DNA from: Eledone cirrhosa
Lineage: Eukaryota
DNA: 64,000 bases
Assembly: GCA_964016885.1 (NCBI GenBank)
Contig: OZ024741.1
Location: 203,174,001 to 203,238,000 of the forward strand
Direction: 5' to 3'
Shown here: positions 52,485 through 64,000 of the stretch, piece by piece
Layout of the letters: each line of letters starts with the position of its first letter
Numbering within the stretch: the stretch's first letter is position 1
The notes under the pieces: model-generated
What the model was told of the DNA's origin: nothing
What the model saw: the letters and a program-made list of their open reading frames with translations, nothing else
The model's database searches: none
Translations under genes and position numbers: made by a program

Positions 52485-52807
52485 AAATATATTAAACGCT
52501 TTAATTAAAATCCTTGTTAATTTTTCGTTTTTTATATATGTATGTATATCTTTTTATCTTGAATAACGTAGTGGTTCAACAAAAAGAGAGCGATGTGTCA
52601 GACTTAAAAAAAGATAAGTACTGGGATCAATATATCATTTCAAGGCGGTGCCCCAGCATGGCCGAAGTCAAATGACTGAAACCTGTAGAAGAATAAATGA
52701 ATTTGTCTGTTACCAACAGACATACCTACTATTAATTATGTACATACATGCTGATACCTGTTTGCGTGTGCGTATGTGTATGCATGTGTGTGTGTGCGTG
52801 TGTGTGT

Positions 52808-52880
<73 letters not shown>

Positions 52881-53692
52881 CGTGTGTGTTTTATGTAAAA
52901 TACCTAAGCGGAAATTGTTTGTTGTCAGCTCAGATATATCAAGATTTATGTGGTTTATGTGGTTTGTACAGAGCACTTAAATAATATGGAAACAACCGTC
53001 TGGGGTAAAATAGATGGCAGAGCAGCATCTAATCAAACAATGACTGCACTTATCATTCAATTTATGTTAACTATATACAACTAAATTTCTCATTCAGTTT
53101 ATCTATTTGTTTGTACTGTCAAAGTAGTCAAAACAATTTTTGAATGAACGAATCTGAAAAGAGCTCTCATTTTTTTCTTATACAAAAAATTCTAATGCCA
53201 ATATTAATTTTGAATACATTAAATTTAGCTAATGACTTCATGAAAACACTGGTTTTTTTTTTAAAAAAAAAAGATAATTATTATTGAGTTATTTCTTAGT
53301 ATAATGTATTTTTAAAATTAATACATAATTTTCATAAGTAAAATGAACAACTGAAACGACCTCCAACTGAGCTTAGTTTTTGCATATAATCCACTAGAAG
53401 GATATATGTACACTCACACACACACACACACTTGCTAGCAAGGAAAACGGACAGTAAATGACGATTAGAAATGTTTCATTCGTTAGAAATCTACCAATGA
53501 GTTGAGTAATGTTTTTAATTGTGGTTCGCTTCTGTTCTTCTTCGGAAAACCATCTCGGCGTGCCGTACGAGGCAACGAAAATGGTTAGAGTCAAGAAGGC
53601 GATCTAGCTGTAAAACATTGTCTCAGAACATCTCATTCAACCCATGCAAGCATGGAAAGATGAGTGTAAAAACGATGTTGCAAATGCTGCTG

Positions 53693-53726
<34 letters not shown>

Positions 53727-54018
53727 AGTGTGTTGCAGTTTGCTTAAAGCAATGTGGCATGTGAAAAGTGGTTATATTTTGGAAGTCGTTACAATGCAGA
53801 AGGGGTTGTAAAAGGGGTAACAAAAGTCGGGTATAAAATGAGAGAGGTAAGATTGTGTGGAGAAGAGGATAAAAAACAAGAATCAGAGATAATGTAACTT
53901 GGGAAATGTTTATTAGGCACAATATAATTCAGATGTACCATCCATATTAAGGGGAACATTATGGGAGTGTCGGAGAATGACGAAGATGGACCTTTCTCTA
54001 TCTCTTTGCTGGAAGTAG

Positions 54019-54075
<57 letters not shown>

Positions 54076-54182
54076 TCACACACACACACACACACTCACA
54101 CACAAACAAACACACACACGTATATGTCTTTGTATGTGTGTGTATGTATGTATATATGTATATATATATATATGTATATATG

Positions 54183-54261
<79 letters not shown>

Positions 54262-54591
54262 GAGAGTGGTAGATAGATTGATAGATCAGGAGTATACCAG
54301 TTTTAAACTAGGTACACAATACGTTGGAGAGTAGAGCGTAAATCTAGTAGAAAGTCAGGGCTTATACATATACATATGCATAAGCATATATATATATACG
54401 TATACACACACACACACACATATATATATATATGTAAGTATATATATATGGGTGTATATATGTCTCTATTTGTGTGAGTGTGTATGTATGTAAGTATATA
54501 TATATGTAGGAGGTGAGTTTTATTGTGGCACAATAAAGCAATGCAAATATCGGATAAGTAGCACTCTACAGTTTGTAGGACTGGAGTATAA

Positions 54592-55147
54592 ATAATATAA
54601 GATCAAAAGATGGTTAAAAGCGTTCCTCGCACATATTATGAAACCCTTCAATATACAAACCTTAATTTAATATTATTCTTAATCCCTTTTTCTCTTCATG
54701 CATAAACCTCATTAACTTTTAATTTCAAATTCTTTTAAATTATCTATTATCTTCCAACGGCTTTTTAACTTCTCTCTGTGAGACAATATATATTTTTTTC
54801 ACAGTTGTAAAGGCTATCTCTCTCTCTCTATCACCCATCTCTCCTCCTCTCTCATCCTTCCTTCTTATATTCCTCCCCCACCATTCTTTACTCTCATCTC
54901 CTCCTCTTCCTTACCTTTTCCACCCCCACCCCCTCACTTTTTCCCAATCTCATACATCAATCCTAAATTATTTTTCATATATTGATTTAAAACTTCACTA
55001 TTCACAAGTGTTTTTTAAGCTTCATATCATGTATCCCTATTTTATCTGATGAAAACGCAGATATCATCCCATGATGATATTTGTTTTTGAAATGCGCATA
55101 ATAAAATACTTGGAACTCTTTTAACCATCTTTTGATCTTATATTATA
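54592..55147 (+). mobile_element. PLE-type 3' end with a short inverted terminal copy
   Basis: ataatataagatcaaaagatggttaaaag.gttcc at about 54592 is the reverse complement of 55112-55146. A pyrimidine-rich body is followed by an HHR. Confidence 0.65.
55038..55108 (+). ncRNA. Type I hammerhead, canonical core
   Basis: tattttat CTGATGA aaac gcagatatcatc-ccat-gatgatatttgt tttt GAAA tgcgca TA ataaaata. Confidence 0.8.
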
Positions 55148-55394
55148 TATATATATATATATATCACATAAGAAACAGAGAATCAGTGGTGCGACGAATA
55201 AGATTTATTAGAGACATTACAATCGTTTTTCTGGCGACCAGCTCTAGGCACGATCGATGCAATGATCGAACCTGACTCTGAAATTGCAAGATCCTCGGAT
55301 ATGTCTCGATTCTACGAAGAACAGTTTCTATATGTATATATATACTTACATACATACATATAAACACACATACATACACACTCGCACAAATAAA

Positions 55395-55439
<45 letters not shown>

Positions 55440-55675
55440 ATATATTATATATATATATATAAATATAAGTATGTATACGTACATATATATATGTATGCAG
55501 ACGTACAGTAGTATGTATACATATATATATATACATGCACACATATATATATGTACGTATGGATTCACCGAACATTTATTATAATGCTCGGTGTGTTTGT
55601 AAACAAACATCCCGAATTAAGCCGTACAGTGTCTAGCAACCATCGTTGCTCATTTGTTCAACACTGACAAAGGAA

Positions 55676-55718
55676 CGCTGTACTAGTTTCAAGCTTATTA
55701 GCCATCGTCAGCACCGTA
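55676..55718 (-). ncRNA. Type I hammerhead (left arm)
   Basis: Reverse complement: acggtg CTGACGA t ggct-aata-agct t GAAAC ta GTA cagcgt. Confidence 0.6.
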
Positions 55719-56141
55719 TACCTTCCTGCCAGATGATTGAACGTCTGAAAGTATATACTTTCCTTATGCATATTAACGGCTGAGCAGCCTAATTTGCACA
55801 TAATTAATCGACCGGGCGCACCGAAAACAATAAACGGAAAAAATGAAACGAAATCTCATTTCTCACACTTAGTACGGCTGTTACTTAAATATAAGTATGT
55901 ATACGTACATACATATATGTATACAGACGTACAGTAGTATGTATATATATATACATACATGCACACATATATATGTACGTATGGATTCACCGAACATTTA
56001 TACTTTCCTTATGCATATTAACGGCTTTTCGGTGCGCCCGACCGATTAACTCACTCGATATGCAAATTAGGCTGCTCAGCCGTTAATACGCATAAGGAAA
56101 GTATATACTTTCAGACGTTCAATCATCTGGCAGGAAGGTAT

Positions 56142-56184
56142 ACGTTGCTGACGATAGCTAATAAGCTTGAAACTAGTATAGCGT
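56142..56184 (+). ncRNA. Type I hammerhead (right arm)
   Basis: acgttg CTGACGA t agct-aata-agct t GAAAC ta GTA tagcgt. Confidence 0.65.
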
Positions 56185-56468
56185 TTCTTTGTCAGTGTCC
56201 AACAAATGAGCAACGATGGTGCCTAGACACTGTACGGCTTAATTCAGGATGTTTGTTTACAAACACACCGAGCATTATAATAAATGTTCGGTGAAGCCAT
56301 ACGTACATATATATATGAGTGCATGTATGTATATATATATATACATACTACTGTACGTCTGTACACATATATGTATGTACGTATACATATTTATATTTAA
56401 GTAGCAGCCGTACTAAGAGTGAGAAATGAAATTTCGTTTCATTTTTTCCGTTTATATATATATAATAT

Positions 56469-56656
56469 ATAGGAACGAGCAGGACCCCGACGGCTGAGCT
56501 CAAGCCGTTTCGACGGCTAATTCTGGAATTAGCCGTCGAATTAGCCATCGAAACGGCTTGAGCTCAGCCGTCGTTCCTATTACCCACTCTACTACCCTAA
56601 GTATTGAGTACTTTGTTGCGTTATGGTCCATCTGGTTCCTTACCACATTTCCTTCG

Positions 56657-56658
<2 letters not shown>
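56469..56658 (+). mobile_element. Hairpin-headed short element, third copy
   Basis: Same termini and body as the copies at 49621 and 51587. Confidence 0.8.
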
Positions 56659-56710
<52 letters not shown>

Positions 56711-56717
<7 letters not shown>

Positions 56718-57852
56718 TGAGGTTGTCTGTCTGTCTATCGATTTTTGACACACATCTCCTCTTAGAATCTCTCACGGAATTGCACCGAAATTGCTATACT
56801 TGTACATTGAGCCCTAGCGAAGACATCGGGAAAAAAATATTTCAAATTGACCCGCCCTATCTGACGAAATCGAATATAATGTATCGATTTTTGAGCGTAA
56901 GTGATCAGTTATTTCCCTTTGTTCTGTTTACATTCAGCGTAGCGTCTTACGTTCTCTTTACATTTTCTGCGTGCAAAAATTAAAAAAATTACGCTGGCAA
57001 AAATTAAAAAAATTACGCTGGCTTTCTCAGCGTTTAAAATGACATTAACACAATACACGAACAGTTGTCGAGCCAGCAAAATTTTGACCTGCAAAATTCA
57101 TCAGTTCGAACACTAAGCTTCCGTTTTGCTTCATTTCCATTTAAAAGCCTTTTAAAACAATATTTTTACTTGAAAACAAGTCTATTTAAAGACTACGTAA
57201 AACAAGCAAATATTTCGTAAAAAAAAGCAAAAATTATATAAGTTTATTTAAAATATATGTATCTGTAAATTTCGTTAGGCGTGCAGACAGACAGTCGTGC
57301 AGACAGACAGTCGTGCAGAGAGGTGATATAGGCTTGCAGACAGATAGGCGTGCAGACAGATAGTCGTGCAGAGAGGTGATATAGGCGTGCAGACAGACAG
57401 TCGTGCAGAGAGGTGATATAGGCGTGCAGACAGACAGTCGTGCAGAGAGTTGATATAGGCGTGCAGACAGACAGTCGTGCAGAGAGGTGATATAGGCGTG
57501 CAGACAGACAGTCGCGCAGAGAGGTGATATAGGCGTGCAGACAGACATAACTGATAATTTGGTTACGCTAATGCTTTTCTCTGCGTTGCAGTGTTTACAT
57601 TTTCGATCTTTGTTAATAAATAACCAGTGCAGTTTTTATCCCCAGCATCCTCTTTTGTTATAACATTCGGGTTATCGTTATGTTTTCTTAACTTCATAAG
57701 GCATATTGTTGGTTGAGGGAATATTAATCAAAAACACCACATGCAAGTCTGCACAGTAGACACTACAGTTTTTAAGCCAAAAAAGAAACTTAACATTGTA
57801 ACTTTAACACAGCTACTGAGCGACCCTGAGCAACGCCGGGCTTTACTGCTAG
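56711..57852 (+). mobile_element. Non-autonomous Helitron
   Basis: 5' (TA)n-aaaactgagg..(gtct)n head. The 3' end has GC hairpin ccctgagcaacgccggg followed by ctgCTAG|T. Confidence 0.7.
57277..57547. repeat. 37-bp minisatellite inside the Helitron
   Basis: aggcgtgcagacagacagtcgtgcagagaggtgatat, about 7 units. Confidence 0.9.
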
Positions 57853-58109
57853 TATATATATATATATATATAATATATGTTTATTGTACCCTAGTATTAA
57901 TGGAAAATATGCAGTAGAAGGAAATAATTTTTCTATGAATCTAACTAAAATGCAAGTGCAAATGTTTTATTTATTTAAAAGATAGCTATTATTGAGTATC
58001 ATATTACACACACATATAAACATACACGTACACACACACTTATACATGTGTATATAAATATATACATCTACATTTTTACATTTACATACATACATGCATA
58101 CATAGACAA

Positions 58110-58143
<34 letters not shown>

Positions 58144-58179
58144 TTATATAAATTATCTATAGATGTACATATCATATAT

Positions 58180-58266
<87 letters not shown>

Positions 58267-58466
58267 TTGTCTATGTATGCATGTATGTATGTAAATGTAT
58301 GCATGTATGTATGTAAATGTAATGTGTAGCCAAATCATATATATATATATATATATATATGATTTGGCTACACACCATATAACAATGGATTTATTAACAA
58401 ATCGTACATTCTTATTCTTATATGTATGTATATAAAGTATGTATGTATATATATAAACACACACAC

Positions 58467-58541
<75 letters not shown>

Positions 58542-58895
58542 TATATATATTATATATATATATACTGTATATATATATATATATATATATGTACATATAT
58601 ATATGTATGTATATAATATATATATCTTATATATATCTATATATGTATATATATATACATACATATATGTATATGTATATATACATTTTAATTGAACTAA
58701 AAACGTAGTCCTCACTGAAAGTACTTATTAAATAATTAAAAATTAATTAGTCTTGTAACGACAAGTATTTATGAAGGAAATAGGTTGAAATGGAGAAATT
58801 TCATATACATGAGTATGTGTGATGTTTGTGTGATGTTTGTGTATATATATCTATGTATGCATATATATATATATGCATATATATATATATATATA

Positions 58896-58949
<54 letters not shown>

Positions 58950-59015
58950 TATATATGGCTATATATATGTCTATACATATATATGTATATGTATTTATGT
59001 ATGTATGTATGCATG

Positions 59016-59047
<32 letters not shown>

Positions 59048-59125
59048 CAGTATATATATATATATAGTGAGAGAGAGAGAGAGGGGGGGGGGGAGATAAA
59101 GAGAGAGAGAGTAAAAGAGAGAGAG

Positions 59126-59213
<88 letters not shown>

Positions 59214-60075
59214 CACAAAATTAGTTTAAATTCACATTTTCATGACGAATACGCGCGTTTCGCTGCGGGAATATTTCCGGAGCTTGTCAGCCTGACATAT
59301 TTGACTGAAGTGCTCCTACAACTTTGGAGATATAATTTCTTTTTCGAAATTCCCTACACTATATATGTATATATGTAGGTATGTACGACATAGAAATAGT
59401 CGGACTGGACACCTGATCGCGCGGTTAAACCACTGGGATTGAAGGACCCGTAGTCTTTGTCAGGGCATTCTTCTAGGAGAAGGGAACTCAGGAAACTGTG
59501 ATAACTCCGATATAAAACCTGCTGCTCAGTAGTTACCGATGACGTTGATCTTTTCTTCTTTTCGGGTTATACCTACTATCGCTCAGAGAGTGGGATTGGC
59601 TCAGTGCACAGTCTTTCCTCACTTTAAAAAATATCTTCACGCACAGGCATTGCATGATAGAATTAATTAATAATTATTAATAATGGTATATCGTGCAATG
59701 GACATACTCGATAACGAGGGGCAGCCATCATCAGGTATGTATGTATGTATGCACTGGTGGACTGTCCAGGTTGTCAGGTTGCCCAATTGAAAATGGGCCC
59801 CTGGGGGACCACGGCAGCATTGTGATGCCCCACTGTAGTATTTTAGGGGCCCAATGCTATGCTTTCAAAAAAATATCTGAAGTCTTAAAGAAAGAATCAA
59901 ATGGTTTTTAAAAATATAAAACAAGTAAGCAAAGCATTTGGTCAAACAGCTGTACATTGTACTAAATTTATAGTTGCCTACTTTATTCATGCACGCATAT
60001 ATATATACACACACACACACGCACACTACCTCCCCCTCCCCACAGACACTTGCGCGCACCCCTCCACCAACACAC

Positions 60076-60107
<32 letters not shown>

Positions 60108-60128
60108 TGAGAGAGAGAGTGAGTGAGT

Positions 60129-60209
<81 letters not shown>

Positions 60210-60229
60210 GTACACACACAATAATACAA

Positions 60230-60985
60230 TGTCAGGCAACAGGCCACTTTACGTGTCAGGTATGGCGGTCTTGGCCTCCGGTCCCCGATCTCACTGGCTT
60301 TGCCGGCGTTACTTTCGTCGGTAACCTCATGCTACGTGCTCGTCAGCAGGGTTCTTCAAAACACAATAGAACCCTCTGTGTTCAGAGAACGTGAGGCCGC
60401 CTGTGAGACGTGGGACCGGCTGGGACATAGCCCAGTAGACGTCCCTCCTCCTCCCTCTGCTGACGTCAAGTCCCCACAAAGAACTTGGGATGCCATCCAG
60501 TGCAGCCTGGCCTTAGACAGACTCACGCGCCAGCTCGACCAGCACCGCATTGCCTGTTTTCGTGCGGCCTCCACCCGCTTTCCTGTCACCACAGTGCCGG
60601 CCACCTTCCATGCCATGCTGCCCTCAACGAGGTCATAAAGCATGGCTTGGACGCTGCAGGCTTCCCTTCCCAGCTCGAGCCGGTGGGGCTGGACCGAGGG
60701 GGGGGGGGGGGGGGGGGGGGGGCAAAAGGCCAGATAGCATGACCATCTTCCCGTTCCGCGGTGGCAAACCCTTCGTCTGGGATGCCACTTGCACCGACAC
60801 TTTCTGCAGCCGCAACCTGGTGCAGTCTGCGACTAACCCAGGTTCTGCTGCACGTCGGGCTGAGGAGGCCAAACTCCTCAAATACCAGTCGCTCTCCGAC
60901 AGGTTTGCGGTTGTACCCTTGGCAGTGGAGACTTCTGGTGTCCTCGGCCCTATGGCTACCTCCTTACTCACCACCATAGGCGCTG
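60230..60985 (+). pseudogene. CRE-like non-LTR retrotransposon 3' region, deleted and frameshifted
   Basis: QATLRVRYGGLGLR, HAALNEVIK..LEPVGLDR and KRPDSMTIFPF..VWDATCTDT..AEEAK..KY..PLAVETSG. A poly-G expansion lies at 60698-60722. Confidence 0.8.
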
Positions 60986-62419
60986 AAAACTTGTATGTAT
61001 ACATACATAAACCTGTATATACACATTCCCAGATGTATATATATTGAGTAAGTCTGAAAGACCAAAGGTCATTATTGGAAGTCTCTGGATGTGTATATTT
61101 CGCAAGGTACTTTATAATTTTTACTGGAGAAGGTAAGAACGGGCACTTCTATACATTCACAATTATTTAAAAATTTTATTATAACATTCTGTATTTACAT
61201 TTGATATTATTGTATACTGCCAGTACTATGTACAGTATATATACACTATAATTAGTAAAAAAAATACACATTTTTTTCCACAAAAATTTGATTGCATTGT
61301 TTTGTTTCCACTTATGTATTTTTGAAAATGTTATTTATTCATCATAAAAATTAAATGATAGCAAATTATATTATCTCCTGGCAACCAATATTTTTAGACC
61401 CAATCCGCTACTGTATGTTTGTATGTATATACGTATGTCTGGTCACTCCTCAGCGCTACTGCTAAAATGTAACTCAATACAACCTGCGCATGATTGGGTC
61501 GTCGTCGACTGAACCGGTAAACCTACCAAGCTTGTTTCGCGAGGAGGAGGATTTCGGAGACCTGCGAGATGAAAAACAAAACCCGTCAATGGGCGGAGGA
61601 ACTTAGGAGAGTCAGCGGCCATCCAATAATTTTTTTTTTTTTTTTTTTTTGTAGGGCGAGAGACTCCTGATATAAAACCTGCGACTTCGTTTGCATCCAA
61701 TGATGTAAACCAGTTGTTCGTTTTGAATAAATGCATTCGATGTTCAGAAAGTGGGATTAGCCCTTTCCTCGCTTAAAAAAGCTTTTTATCAAGCACAGGC
61801 ATCGTTTGATATTTGACATTTTCTTTGGCATTGCTGGTCATAGGTAGGTAGGTCCTTAGCAGGATTAAAAGCTACGTCCGTAATGCTCATGCGTAAGTAT
61901 CAAGTGATGGCTTTACTCGGTATCGAGTTTCAGCTATCATGTATGAATGTATGTATGTGTGTATGTATGTGTGTGTGTATGTATGTATGTGTGTATGTAT
62001 GTATGTATGTATGTATGTATGTATGTATGTATGTATGGAAATACTCGGTATGGTGCTCGAGCGTGCAGTTAGTCCACCTGGAGTGCGAGAACCTTAGTTC
62101 TTATTAGGACCATTCTTGCAAAAGGAAAGCTCTGGAGTAAAACACTCGACTCGATGGCAGCAAATGATGTTGAACTGTTCTATTTGGATAACTATAACTG
62201 TTATTCAGGGAGTGGGATTGGTCAAGTGGAAGGCTTTACTTCAAGCGCAGGCATCACTTGATCTAAACGATTTTGACGTGTGTTGTCGAGCATTTCTTTC
62301 ACTGCAGCATATGCAGAAACGAATCTAAGTCCTTGACAGGGCTAACATGTCATGTTTGTGCTACCCATGTATGAGAAAAAGATTAACGGATGGCTATTCT
62401 CGAAAATGAGATGCACCAA

Positions 62420-62458
<39 letters not shown>

Positions 62459-62515
62459 ATATATTTATATATATATACACGCGCAAATATATATACATAC
62501 GTACATATACACACA

Positions 62516-62655
<140 letters not shown>

Positions 62656-62724
62656 TATATATATATTAGAAAGTGTGGTTTTTTTACAAAATGAAAAATA
62701 ACCGGTGTCCTCCACGAGTGAAAG

Positions 62725-63200
62725 TATAAAGAAAAAAAGATGAAATCGAAAATGCAACTGGAGTCTTATTTAAAAATATATATATATATTTATTTGGTTC
62801 CTTTACCGGTTTCGCAGTTATTCTGCTTTTCAAAAGTAGAGTTGGGATGGAGGGTTTGTGGTTTTTCTCACATCTGCTGCTAACACAGAAGGGAGCGGTT
62901 AAGCGAGGAAAGGGCCAATCCCACTTTCTGAACATCGAATGCATTTATTCAAAACGAACAACTGGTCTACATCATTGGATGCAAACGAAGTCGCAGGTTT
63001 TATATCAGGAGTCTCGAGCTCCACAATAAAAAAAAAAAAAAAAAAATTGCCAGATGTGAGAAAAACCACAGACCCTCCATTTCAACTCTACTTTTGAAAA
63101 GTAGAAGAACTGCGAAACCGGTAAAGGAACCAAATAAATATATATATTTTTTAAAAAATAAGACTCCAGTTGCATTTTCGATCTCATCTTTTTCTTTATA
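62725..63200. mobile_element. Inverted-repeat HHR element (arms 62725-62876 / 63051-63200)
   Basis: Arms of about 150 bp are reverse complements, each carries an HHR motif, and (TA)n lies nearby on both sides. Confidence 0.75.
62799..62838 (-). ncRNA. Type I hammerhead, U3:A8 core (sister copy at 63089-63128, plus strand)
   Basis: Reverse complement: tactt TTGAAAA gcag-aataa-ctgc GAAA ccgg TA aagga. Confidence 0.55.
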
Positions 63201-63853
63201 TATATATATATATATATATATACGTACGTTTCAACTTCAATATTATCAGGTAACACTAATTCATCGTCAGGCCATTAATTCAGGATTTGAATGATGCAAA
63301 TCCCAAAGAAATACAAGAATCCATATACAATAAGGTAAAGAAATTGAGGTTTTCTTTAGAATTCTTTTCTAAAAACCTCTGCGAAAATGAAGCCTATGTT
63401 GCACAAATAATTAACTGCTTTGTATGTGCCTCTCCGGAGATAAAACTTCTTTCCTTTTTTATTAAACTCTTAAAAAATCTCTTTAATTTCTTTACCATAT
63501 GGACTATATGTTTTATGGACTATATATTCTTTACTTTATGGACTATATATTCTTTACTTTATGGACTATATATTTGCGTATTTCTTTAGACATTGCATCA
63601 CTCAAATCCCGAATTAAAGTCCTGGCAATGTTTTAGTTTTACCTGGTAGTATTGAAGGTGAAATGCCTGTAGACATTACAAAAATGATTTGAAGTACTTT
63701 CTTTGGTTATCTATTAATTAAAAAATTATTACGCTCTATATTCTTCATAAGTGATTAATACATTGAGCTTTTTATCATTTGGTAATAAACGGGTTTCATA
63801 CCCAATTTTTTCATCTCCTATATATATATACCTCCATAGATGTATAGTATAAA

Positions 63854-63919
<66 letters not shown>

Positions 63920-64000
63920 GAGGTACAATATAATATATATTCTGTTAGCTTCTTTGTTGAATAAAATTAATAAATTTTGCATTTAAATTATATAAATTGT

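Larger units (their letters stand above)
55460..56455. mobile_element. Retrozyme-like element: about 426-nt unit, 1.27 copies (-) plus one inverted monomer (+)
   Basis: A direct repeat of about 115 nt starts at 55461 and 55887. Segment 56026-56455 is one reverse-complemented unit in a different permutation. One HHR per arm. Confidence 0.8.

Noticed and set aside
59245-59295. Minus-strand CTGACAA gct..agc GAAAC gcgc GTA
   Set aside because: Probably an HHR relic, but the C3/A8 mismatch and broken stem I mean it is not called as a feature.

Overview
AT-rich, microsatellite-dense animal non-coding DNA with no recognisable host exon. The SINE families and the (TA)n/(CA)n/(TATG)n load resemble an octopus or other coleoid cephalopod; this is inference. 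The window is a patchwork of transposons: a near full-length decayed Tx1/L1-type LINE (1.4-7.1 kb), four pieces of an R4/Dong-like RLE retrotransposon, two CRE-like fragments, a Penelope-like (PLE, RT+GIY-YIG) element in a 1,193-bp inverted repeat, a Chapaev3 transposon, Tc1/mariner and hAT relics, a non-autonomous Helitron, bipartite RTE derivatives and many tRNA-derived SINEs. The strongest hidden signal is a dense set of minimal type I hammerhead ribozyme (HHR) motifs at about ten loci. They include compensatory core variants (U3:A8 in two unrelated families, G3:C8 once). Several sit in small non-coding elements with an inverted, 3'-ends-outward architecture, usually beside (TA)n, like the PLE. 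Two of these elements (about 292 nt and about 426 nt) show terminal redundancy or circular permutation, suggesting retrozyme-like circular RNAs mobilised by a PLE. All calls were made by eye; no searches or folding programs were run.
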